From a virus: DNA of 64,000 bases. Made by a program: the position numbers and the translations under genes. The notes below the pieces were generated by a model. The model was not told the DNA's origin. It saw only the letters and a list, made by a program, of their open reading frames with translations, and searched no databases. The stretch spans positions 7,901 through 71,900 of the IMG/VR virus record IMGVR_UViG_3300044635_000318; one strand, written 5' to 3'. Positions within the stretch are counted from its first letter, which is position 1. Each line of letters opens with the position of its first letter. Of this stretch, positions 1-8,274 are shown piece by piece.

Positions 1-1
1 T

Positions 2-235
2 ACTATTGCCCCATGCAAGATTAACTGCTGTATTGCAAAACTTGCGCAATCTGGATTGGAATGTGATTGCAATTGTGGGAAATGTGCTGACGATTTAATG
101 AGGGCCCAAAAAGCATTCTTGATGCTTAAAGGAGCTTACTATACAGCTGAGAATAAAAAAGATGCAGTTAATGCAGAAAAGCTTTATTTAAAAGCTGCAC
201 AATTGTGTGAAGAAGTATGCGCCTGTGGGTGCTAA
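2..235 (+). CDS. 3' end of a Cys-rich protein (partial, runs off the window), structural module
   Basis: Frame 2 is open from the window edge to TAA 233-235: ...PCKINCCIAKLAQSGLECDCNCGKC...LCEEVCACGC*. Confidence 0.75.
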   Translation, partial: TIAPCKINCCIAKLAQSGLECDCNCGKCADDLMRAQKAFLMLKGAYYTAENKKDAVNAEKLYLKAAQLCEEVCACGC

Positions 236-247
236 ATACTTACTACT

Positions 248-634
248 ATGGAATTGATAAGCACTAATACAGAGTTTAAACAATACTTAGAAAGTATTAA
301 ACTATGCTTATCTACTAAAGATATTACCCTGTATGCTAAGATTACAGGGGGAGTAGATTGTTCTACGCTAGAGAATTTAAAAGCAGAATTAGCACTCTAT
401 GTACTCAGGAATGCTGGGTTAGAGTGTTTAGAAGATACAATCCCCGATGGGGATTTGTCGTATCTAGAAAGATTTAAGCAGTATTTAGATCAATACTGTT
501 TAGATTGCACCCCATTAACTGTAACCAAATTAACAGTTCAAGAAGGACAAGGTCGTCCTGCAGCCGCATTATTATTAGAAAATGGGGAAGATATTGGGAC
601 AGAGAATGATGGCATCATAATTCAAGAATCATAA
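248..634 (+). CDS. hypothetical virion-module protein
   Basis: 128 aa ORF; stop overlaps the next start (TAATG). Confidence 0.7.
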   Translation: MELISTNTEFKQYLESIKLCLSTKDITLYAKITGGVDCSTLENLKAELALYVLRNAGLECLEDTIPDGDLSYLERFKQYLDQYCLDCTPLTVTKLTVQEGQGRPAAALLLENGEDIGTENDGIIIQES

Positions 635-1638
635 TGGCAACTAAAATATCAGCATTAACAACTATTGCTAAGAACAGTGTAGGAACACATCATTTGTTAA
701 CTGCAGCAACTAGTCAGAACTATAAACTCTTAGCATCTGATCTATTCCCATCTCTAACGGTTAGTGGAACTACAGGTCAAGAGTTATTGAGTTTAGCTAA
801 TCAGAATGTATTTACTCAGAAGAAAATCAATTCAGCTAGTAACTTATTGAGCATTGCTACAGTAAGTAATGAATTGGTGTTTACAGTTAATGCTGCTAAT
901 ATCGATCTTAGCCTGTGTAACAACGCTACTTCATTGTTTCTTACAACAGTCAATTTAGCATCTAATGTTACTGGGACTCTCCCTGCAACCAATGGGGGTA
1001 CAGGATTAAGTAGCTTTGCAGTTAAATCAGTATTCATCTCTCACCCAAGTACTGCAAATACTATGCAGGCTGTTTCATTAGCATCTAATGGACAGTTATT
1101 GATTGGGGGAACATCTGGACCTTTAGCAGCTACATTAACTGCTGGGACTAATGTTACGATTACAAATGCAGCTAACGCTATTACAATCGCTGCTCCTACC
1201 CCAGCTAATGTTGTGGTTAAAGAGAACAGTACTAATGATATTGTAGCTACAGGTGCTAATGTAAGAGCTGATAAAAATGTTGTATTTGAAAATACAACTT
1301 ACGGGATTACATACACTACAAAAGCTTCTGTAACTCAAAGTACTAGCTTATCAACTGCAGTAACTATTAACGCTACTGCTGGAAAGATTGTAACATTCCC
1401 AGCTTCATTGAGTACATCTCAAGCAGAATTTGTAGTCAATAACAATACTGTCACAACAAACTCATTAATCTTCTTGACACTAGTAAGCCCAGGGATAGCT
1501 ACAGAAGCTGATAACGCTAATATTATAGCAACTGTATCTGGAGTAAATACTGGAAGCTTTAAAATTGTTCTGAGCAACCCATTCGGGCATACATCAGATG
1601 CTGCAGGAAGAACAGTACAATTCTTAGTAATCAACTAA
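634..1638 (+). CDS. putative tail/head fibre-like structural protein
   Basis: Thr/Ser/Ala/Asn-rich; fibre-type motifs VTGTLPATNGGTG, NGQLLIG, LTAGTNVTIT. Confidence 0.65.
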   Translation: MATKISALTTIAKNSVGTHHLLTAATSQNYKLLASDLFPSLTVSGTTGQELLSLANQNVFTQKKINSASNLLSIATVSNELVFTVNAANIDLSLCNNATSLFLTTVNLASNVTGTLPATNGGTGLSSFAVKSVFISHPSTANTMQAVSLASNGQLLIGGTSGPLAATLTAGTNVTITNAANAITIAAPTPANVVVKENSTNDIVATGANVRADKNVVFENTTYGITYTTKASVTQSTSLSTAVTINATAGKIVTFPASLSTSQAEFVVNNNTVTTNSLIFLTLVSPGIATEADNANIIATVSGVNTGSFKIVLSNPFGHTSDAAGRTVQFLVIN

Positions 1639-1647
1639 TCAAACCAA

Positions 1648-2073
1648 ATGTCAAAGTTAAAAGCGTTTCAATTAACCAACCGGGAGTTTGTAGAAATCTA
1701 CAAAGGACTTACAGCAGTTAAGGATATTAAGAATTCAAGATTTGCTGTAGTTGTAGCTCGTAACATCAAAGAGCTAACGACTAAACTTGCTTATATTGAA
1801 TCAATGGCTATTCCATCAGATGAGTTTAGGACATTGTCTTATCAAGCTTCTAAGTTCATTGAGGAGAATAACTCTGAAGAATTAGAGCGATTGGAGCAAG
1901 AAAATGAAGCGTTAATCAATGATCGTAAACAACAGTTAATTGATATTGAGGAAGAGCTAGATGCAGAAGCAACTATCTATCTAGAGGAAATCAGAGAGGA
2001 CCAACTCCCTGAAGACCTTAGTCCAGATCAAATCTTCCCATTACTTAAAATCATTAAGAATGACTCTGAATGA
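1648..2073 (+). CDS. hypothetical acidic helical protein (possible fibre chaperone)
   Basis: 141 aa ORF directly after the fibre gene; overlaps the next gene. Confidence 0.6.
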   Translation: MSKLKAFQLTNREFVEIYKGLTAVKDIKNSRFAVVVARNIKELTTKLAYIESMAIPSDEFRTLSYQASKFIEENNSEELERLEQENEALINDRKQQLIDIEEELDAEATIYLEEIREDQLPEDLSPDQIFPLLKIIKNDSE

Positions 2074-3178
2074 AATCAAAGAGTTTTTAAGGAGTAAGAA
2101 TAGTTATTTGAAATGTAGTCCAGAAGTAATCGCAAATCGTCTGAATTGTAGTAACAATGATGCAAGAGTAGCGCTTACAGAAATAAAAAATGAACTCAAA
2201 AACGTCAATACGAATAGTAATGACAGTGAGTTCGAAGTGTTCATTGACAGAACGGGAATTAAACCAGAAGAGATTCGATCAGTCAAATTCTGGCAAACTC
2301 AAAAGGGGGATGCAAGATTCTCAGTTGTTACAGCAAATAAGAGTAACAACATAGAAGATCTAAAGCTAGAGATAGAATCATTCGCATCTCAGTACTCCCC
2401 AGTAGTTGTAAGGAGAAATTACCCAAAGTATAATTACTCTGAAGTGGCGTTAGAGATATCGCTCCCAGATGTACACTATGGGAAGATGAATGATGAGTCT
2501 AATGCAGAACTAGAAGACTTGTACATAGCTACAATCTCAAGTTTAGTATCTAAAGCATCTCATCTTCCTATAACTAAGATTCTACTCCCAATAGGGAATG
2601 ACGGATTAAACTCTGAGGGATTACGTCAAACAACTACAAAGGGTACTCCTCAACAAGACAATATGACTTGGATGGAGAGCTTTAGAGGGTACTGGGGATT
2701 ACTTGTAAAGACAATCAATTATCTGCAAACAATCGCTCCTGTAGATGTTATTGTAGTCAGTGGGAATCACGATTACGAAAGAATGTTCTACATCGGAGAT
2801 GTGTTAGCTGGATGGTATAGGAACAATGAGAATGTTAGTGTAGATAATTCAATGCACCCAAGAAAGTATTGGGAATATGGGAATGCAATGCTAATGTTCA
2901 CTCATGGGGATAAAGAAAAAGCTTCTGATCTCCCATTAATAATGGCTACTGAACAACCTGAAATGTTTGCAAAGAGTCTATTTAGAGAAGCTCATTGTGG
3001 GCATTTACACAAAGAAATGGTCAATGAATACAGGGGAATTAAAGTCAGGTTCATACCTTCTATATGTGCTAGTGATGACTGGCACAAGCAAATGGGCTAT
3101 GAGTCTAAGAGATCAGGGCAAGCATTTGTATGGACTATCGATAAAGGACTCGAAGGATACTTTCAAGTTAATATCTAA
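2060..3178 (+). CDS. calcineurin-like metallophosphoesterase
   Basis: Full motif set: PDVHYG, GNDG, GNHD, THGD, GHLH. Confidence 0.85.
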   Translation: MTLNEIKEFLRSKNSYLKCSPEVIANRLNCSNNDARVALTEIKNELKNVNTNSNDSEFEVFIDRTGIKPEEIRSVKFWQTQKGDARFSVVTANKSNNIEDLKLEIESFASQYSPVVVRRNYPKYNYSEVALEISLPDVHYGKMNDESNAELEDLYIATISSLVSKASHLPITKILLPIGNDGLNSEGLRQTTTKGTPQQDNMTWMESFRGYWGLLVKTINYLQTIAPVDVIVVSGNHDYERMFYIGDVLAGWYRNNENVSVDNSMHPRKYWEYGNAMLMFTHGDKEKASDLPLIMATEQPEMFAKSLFREAHCGHLHKEMVNEYRGIKVRFIPSICASDDWHKQMGYESKRSGQAFVWTIDKGLEGYFQVNI

Positions 3179-3194
3179 ACAAGAGAAAGAAGAT

Positions 3195-3503
3195 ATGGAA
3201 GATGATGCAGATGATCTTATGGATGATGGAATGTTTGACTTAGTATTTGGGGGACATGATTCTGACTTAGACATTTTAGATGATGCATATTATAACATCT
3301 ATCTAATTGCTACGAAGAAGAAAACATTAGAAGAATTACTCATTGAATCAGTATCAGATGGAATGATACTGTTTCTCCCCTATGACCCATCAGACCCTGA
3401 AACATTAAACATGGTGATTCCCGATGCTATTAAATATTTTGAAGATACAGAAGAATACGAATACTGTGCTGAATTAACTAAGGCTTTAAATACAGATACA
3501 TAA
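3195..3503 (+). CDS. acidic hypothetical protein with C-terminal UVR-like helical hairpin
   Basis: Likely start ATG 3195 rather than 2967; ends AIKYFEDTEEYEYCAEL. Confidence 0.6.
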   Translation: MEDDADDLMDDGMFDLVFGGHDSDLDILDDAYYNIYLIATKKKTLEELLIESVSDGMILFLPYDPSDPETLNMVIPDAIKYFEDTEEYEYCAELTKALNTDT

Positions 3504-3508
3504 CTACA

Positions 3509-4207
3509 ATGACTTTAGATGAGATTGCTTACAACCTATTAAATCTTTTCAGAGGAGGTAGATCTAATCAAGACGAAGGAATATCATTAGACCAGATTAA
3601 GTTTAATGTTAAGCACTATCGTGCAATGTTTATTAGACGAGATTTTGCTCGTAACGGATTAGTTACTAGACACTTAGAGCAAGATCTTGGGTGTATTAAT
3701 CTCATTAAAGTAGACGCATCTAAGTGCTGCGATCTCCCAATCAATTGCCCTATCTACAGAACAGATCGTAAGATCCCTAAAACTGTAAGATTCAACTTCT
3801 CAGAAGCTATTACATATACTGGGGATGTAACAGGATTAGGGAGAATCCCAATGGTTGAACCCTATGAGGTTCAATTTTTAATGTACGATAAGTTTACTTC
3901 TCATAAACCTAAGACTTATATGATTGAAGATTACTTGTATGTCTATAATCCTACAGGTATGTCTTTAATCAATGTTAGAGGGATATTCGAAGATCCTGAA
4001 AAAGTACAAGAGTTTAATACTTGCAATGGGGAATGCTATAATGATAAGATGGATTTCCCTCTCCCAGCTGATATGTTAAGTGCTATTAATAGTGGATTGA
4101 TTAATGGGGAATTAAAACTATTAGCATTAACTTTGCAAGATTCAACAAATAATAGAATGCAGGATACCTTTAATGGGGAGATTCCTAGCACTAATTCTGC
4201 AGAATAA
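3509..4207 (+). CDS. crAss-like tail ring / tail tubular protein
   Basis: N-terminus MTLDEIAYNLLNLFRGG..DE.IS; C-terminal VRGIFEDP and DFPLP resemble crAss-like ring proteins; context fits. Confidence 0.65.
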   Translation: MTLDEIAYNLLNLFRGGRSNQDEGISLDQIKFNVKHYRAMFIRRDFARNGLVTRHLEQDLGCINLIKVDASKCCDLPINCPIYRTDRKIPKTVRFNFSEAITYTGDVTGLGRIPMVEPYEVQFLMYDKFTSHKPKTYMIEDYLYVYNPTGMSLINVRGIFEDPEKVQEFNTCNGECYNDKMDFPLPADMLSAINSGLINGELKLLALTLQDSTNNRMQDTFNGEIPSTNSAE

Positions 4208-4224
4208 TATTAAAATTAATTACT

Positions 4225-4506
4225 ATGGGTTATAATACAAACGAAGAGAGATTACTCAATTCATCAAAATTAGTACTTGAAGAAAGTCTTGGGAAGTGTG
4301 GGGGACAACTTGTTACTAATAGTACTCCTATTACTGGGAAGTTCATTGCTATTACTCCATTAAGTGTATCTAACAGTTTTACTACACAAGGTAATTTAAC
4401 TCTATCTTCTGGTACAACTTTAGGAGCTGGATTAACTGTATATGGTTATTTTACTAGTGTAACAGTTGTTACTGGGAGCGCAATCGTATACAAAGCTTGT
4501 GAGTGA
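4225..4506 (+). CDS. small beta-rich structural protein
   Basis: 93 aa; GKFIAI...GLTVYGYFTSVTV pattern. Confidence 0.6.
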   Translation: MGYNTNEERLLNSSKLVLEESLGKCGGQLVTNSTPITGKFIAITPLSVSNSFTTQGNLTLSSGTTLGAGLTVYGYFTSVTVVTGSAIVYKACE

Positions 4507-4775
4507 TGGCTACCCCAGCATGGCAAAGAAAGGAGGGTAAGAATCCGAAAGGTGGACTAAATGCCAAAGGAAGAGCATCTTATAAAGCTGCTAATCCTGG
4601 GAGTACACTTGCTGCTCCTCAACCAAAAGGAGGATCAAGACGAGACTCTTTTTGTAATCGTATGTGTGGAATGAAGTCTAAGCAAACCAGCTCAAAGACA
4701 GCTAGTGACCCTAACTCAAGAATCAACAAATCACTTCGTGTATGGAATTGCGGATCCTGCAGCAACTGGAATTAA
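4503..4775 (+). CDS. DUF6321-like small basic protein
   Basis: PAWQRKEGKNPKGGLNAKGRASY...RRDSFC.RM.GMK...DPNSRINKSLR.W.C signature. Confidence 0.75.
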   Translation: MMATPAWQRKEGKNPKGGLNAKGRASYKAANPGSTLAAPQPKGGSRRDSFCNRMCGMKSKQTSSKTASDPNSRINKSLRVWNCGSCSNWN

Positions 4776-4778
4776 ACA

Positions 4779-4949
4779 ATGACACTCAAAGAACACATCA
4801 TAGGTAACTCTGCTACAGTGCTTGGACTTGTAATGTCGATGGCGCAAGTCAATCAGATATTAACAGCGGTATCTCTATTAGTTGCAATTGTAGTTAACGT
4901 ACAATTGTTCAGACATAGGGTAAATAATAAATCTAACAAAGACTTTTAA
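4779..4949 (+). CDS. small membrane protein, holin-like (absent from the ORF track)
   Basis: 56 aa MTLKEHIIGNSATVLGLVMSMAQVNQILTAVSLLVAIVVNVQLFRHRVNNKSNKDF; hydrophobic segments plus basic tail; fills the intergenic gap. Confidence 0.55.
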   Translation: MTLKEHIIGNSATVLGLVMSMAQVNQILTAVSLLVAIVVNVQLFRHRVNNKSNKDF

Positions 4950-4953
4950 TACA

Positions 4954-6393
4954 ATGAAATCTAAAAAAGCTAACCTCAAAAAAGAGGTTAAAGGCCCGAT
5001 GAAAATGAAAAAGGGCAGATATTTAGAACCGGAGAAAGAATTAATGTTTGGGGGTCCTAAAAAATATCAAAGTGGATCAAGACCGGGAATGGGGCCTACA
5101 GCAGGTAGACAGGCTAGTTATGGATCAAGAAACCCACAAGTGGAGGCAGAAAATAAAGAGTTATACTCATATTTGACAGCGCTTGAGAAAATGTCAAATA
5201 TGACCCATAATGAAAAAACAAAACTTGCTCAACAACGACAAGCCGCAGCCAATAAAGGCAAGCAAGAATCGCCTGTACCGACTGCGCCTAAAAATAATCT
5301 GCCCAAAGCGTCAGCAGCCCCTGCTCCTAAATCACAAACTGGATCTGCTGATTATCCTAGAGGCGGAATTGGAACCTCCAGCAACGCCTACTACAACGCA
5401 GAAGCTAAAGCGGCAATAGCAAGAACAGAGGCAGCAAAAGCGTCTAAACAATCATCGGTCACTCCGACTTTTAACCAAGCATTTGCCGCAGCTAGAAAAG
5501 AAGGTAAAACTACATTTACTTTTGAAGGAAAATCTTATGGAACACGAAGAGCAGATGAAAATCAGGAACAGTACAAAGCTGCTATGGCTCGTGCTGCAGG
5601 TTCCGCTACACCAGCTCCCGCAGCTAAACCTTCGGAGGCAAAAGCTTCAGAACAAGCACCACAAAGAGCTACAACTTTATTAAGAAATACTACTCCAAGC
5701 CTTATTCCAGCTTCTAAATCAAGACCTTCAATTTCTACGTCTCGTCAAACATCTCCTGGAAAAGTCACTCCACGTGAGTTTGCTAATCCAAATTTAAAAA
5801 CCTCCAAAGTTGAAAGCTCAAGCATGGAAGGGGCTAACAAAGCTCGTAAAAGCGATATGAAGAAATCTAAGCTGATGAGAGGTGGTTACTTAGAACCAGA
5901 CAAAGAATTAATGTTCGGAGGCAAATCTAAGTATCAAGCAGGTGGAATGACTAATATGCCTATGAAGCCTAAAAAGAAAATGGAGATGCCAGCATCTATG
6001 CAAACCCCACCTAAAAAGAAGAAGCCTATGGGTTTGATGGATAAGCTGGAGAATGCTATGGGTAAATCCAAGTACAAATCTGGGGGATTCCCTGATTTAA
6101 CTGGGGATGGAAAAGTAACTAGAGCAGATATCCTCAAAGGCCGTGGAGTTATCAAAGAAGCTGGGGGTATGATGGAAGAGTGCGGTCCAGGAAGACCTTG
6201 CCATAATGCTAAAAAAGCTGCTAAGACTGCACGTAAACAAGAACGTAATCGTAGAAACCCTAATGCTTCTAGAAGAAGAGCTGCAAATGCAGGAAATGGT
6301 GGAGGTGGAGCAGGAATTGGGGGCGCTATGAAAACTATAGCTGGATTGGGTGCATTAGGTTTTATGGCTAAAAAGGCTAAGGATAGTATGTAA
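4954..6393 (+). CDS. basic low-complexity modular virion (internal/cargo) protein
   Basis: K/A/G/M-rich; modules TFNQAFAAARKEGKTTFTFEGKSYGT and FPDLTGDGKVTRADILKGRG; repeated xxGG motifs. Confidence 0.7.
   Translation: MKSKKANLKKEVKGPMKMKKGRYLEPEKELMFGGPKKYQSGSRPGMGPTAGRQASYGSRNPQVEAENKELYSYLTALEKMSNMTHNEKTKLAQQRQAAANKGKQESPVPTAPKNNLPKASAAPAPKSQTGSADYPRGGIGTSSNAYYNAEAKAAIARTEAAKASKQSSVTPTFNQAFAAARKEGKTTFTFEGKSYGTRRADENQEQYKAAMARAAGSATPAPAAKPSEAKASEQAPQRATTLLRNTTPSLIPASKSRPSISTSRQTSPGKVTPREFANPNLKTSKVESSSMEGANKARKSDMKKSKLMRGGYLEPDKELMFGGKSKYQAGGMTNMPMKPKKKMEMPASMQTPPKKKKPMGLMDKLENAMGKSKYKSGGFPDLTGDGKVTRADILKGRGVIKEAGGMMEECGPGRPCHNAKKAAKTARKQERNRRNPNASRRRAANAGNGGGGAGIGGAMKTIAGLGALGFMAKKAKDSM
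5020..5937 (+). repeat. imperfect ~50 bp direct repeat (5020-5070 and 5887-5937) encoding YLEP[ED]KELMFGGxxKYQ
   Basis: tatttagaaccggagaaagaattaatgtttgggggt vs tacttagaaccagacaaagaattaatgttcggaggc. Confidence 0.85.
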
Positions 6394-6875
6394 TGCACTC
6401 TCTTAAAGAGATATATAAAAGTTATTGCGTAGATTCAGACTCACCTCTGAGTAAAGAAGTCTTCAAATCATTGTGTGAAGAATTTAACATGATGGTTGTA
6501 GACTTCATCTTGGAAGGGGGAGTTCTGAATCTGCGTAATAATTTAGGGTATATGTCTATTCGTAGGATAGAACGAAATCCTAGTGCCCCTACAATAGATT
6601 GGTGGGAGAGTAATAAGTACAAACAAGAGTTGTTAAAGGAAGGTAAAAAGCTGTATGATGCTGAGACGGGGGAAGGAGAAAAGTGGTTTATCTATTACAC
6701 TGATAAGTGGTATTGCAAGTTTCACTGGGAGAAATCAAAGTGTAAAATCCCAAACAAAACAGCGTATAGGTTTACCCCATCTAGAGGATTAAAAGGGAAT
6801 AAAGAGAAGTTAATCAGTCTGTTAAAGAGTGATGATTTAGCATATCTAAGGTTTAAAAGTCATGGCAATATATAA
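6393..6875 (+). CDS. crAss-like IHF/HU-related protein
   Basis: EFNMMVVDFILEGGVLNL.NNLGYMSI...IDWWES...YRFTPSR pattern; sits next to a ring protein as in crAss-like phages. Confidence 0.65.
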   Translation: MHSLKEIYKSYCVDSDSPLSKEVFKSLCEEFNMMVVDFILEGGVLNLRNNLGYMSIRRIERNPSAPTIDWWESNKYKQELLKEGKKLYDAETGEGEKWFIYYTDKWYCKFHWEKSKCKIPNKTAYRFTPSRGLKGNKEKLISLLKSDDLAYLRFKSHGNI

Positions 6876-8274
6876 GACTACATCTAGTAAAGTAATTATT
6901 AGGAAGATATTTAGAGACTTAAACCCTAGTGGAGATAACTGGGTAGATGATGCTATTGAGTGGATTGGGGAAGCTTTAGAACATATTGGATCTGCAGCAC
7001 AGCTTGAAAAAAAGACTTGTGTTATTTCGATTAAAAACTTCAAAGGTTCTCTCCCAGCTAACTTATCTTATATCAATCAAGTAGCAGTTAATTCTGCATC
7101 ATCCCCAGCTATTAGTAGTGAATTAGATGTACTTCTTAGTCAGATAGATGATCTTAATTATCTCATGGCTAATGATCCTACAATTAACTTAACTAGTCAG
7201 ATTAGAGACTTTAATGTTCGTGCAGCTATTCTTGAGAATATCTACATGACATCAGCTCAAGGATTGCTCCCATTATCATACTGTACTACTAATTTCCCAG
7301 AAGCAGCTGATTGCCCTACTTGCTCTCAAGAGTTTATTGTAGGGAATGAATGTTATTACGTAGAGAATGGGAGAATCAAAACATCATTTGCTAATGGACT
7401 AGTGTGTTTAAGCTACATGTCATTCCCAGTAGATGATGATGGTTATCCATTAGTCCCAGATGATATCAGCTTCAAAGAAGCTATGTTCTGGTATGTATAC
7501 AAGAAATTACTCTTAGGGAATACAAACGTATCAGCTATCAATATTGATTACACATTTGCTGAAACTCAGTGGAAATACTACTGCACTCAAGCTAGAAATG
7601 CAGCTAACTACCCAGATATTGATCGGTATGAATCCTTCTTGGATCAGTGGGTTAGACTTATCCCAAATATCAACAGACATGCTGAACTGTTTGGGACACT
7701 CAATGTACGTGAGAATCTGTATCGGGGTAAACACAATAGAACCAATATTGAATCTCTCCCATCACAGAGTACACTTGCATCAGGAAGTTCAACAACTACA
7801 GGTTATAATTCAGTGCAAAAAGTATCAGTCGCATCTTGGGTAACTAGTACAACAGCTACAGTTAATATTACAGCAGGTTCAGGGTATCAAACTCTAAGCC
7901 TCCCACAAGCAAGCGAAGTAAATTACATTAATGGGGCTGTTCAAATCACAAATCAACAAACATATTGGAGCATTATAGGACTATTAGCTGGGAAAACGAT
8001 TCAATATTCATTCGTTATCGAGTCAAATGCTAACGGAGCTACAACCGATAATGACATCAGTGTACAGGCAATATTAGTTGATACGAGTAACAATACTCAG
8101 TATGTTATCTCTAACTACGATTACAACACATCTAGTGGGGCTACAACATTCTCAGGTATTATTACTCACATCAATACGACTATTACCAATGCTCAACTGC
8201 ATCTGAAGATTAAATCTGATACAGTTCTATTAAACTCAACTAGATTACTCTCAGGACAAGTTAGAATTCAATAA
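6862..8274 (+). CDS. crAss-like tail ring/tubular protein with C-terminal beta-rich extension
   Basis: DAIEWIGEAL..IG, PVDDDGYPLVPD and WKYYCTQAR motifs; ~170 aa S/T-rich tail. Confidence 0.7.
   Translation: MAIYKTTSSKVIIRKIFRDLNPSGDNWVDDAIEWIGEALEHIGSAAQLEKKTCVISIKNFKGSLPANLSYINQVAVNSASSPAISSELDVLLSQIDDLNYLMANDPTINLTSQIRDFNVRAAILENIYMTSAQGLLPLSYCTTNFPEAADCPTCSQEFIVGNECYYVENGRIKTSFANGLVCLSYMSFPVDDDGYPLVPDDISFKEAMFWYVYKKLLLGNTNVSAINIDYTFAETQWKYYCTQARNAANYPDIDRYESFLDQWVRLIPNINRHAELFGTLNVRENLYRGKHNRTNIESLPSQSTLASGSSTTTGYNSVQKVSVASWVTSTTATVNITAGSGYQTLSLPQASEVNYINGAVQITNQQTYWSIIGLLAGKTIQYSFVIESNANGATTDNDISVQAILVDTSNNTQYVISNYDYNTSSGATTFSGIITHINTTITNAQLHLKIKSDTVLLNSTRLLSGQVRIQ

Noticed and set aside
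2967-3194. N-terminal extension of ORF 2967..3503
   Set aside because: It overlaps the phosphoesterase in another frame; ATG 3195 is more plausible.
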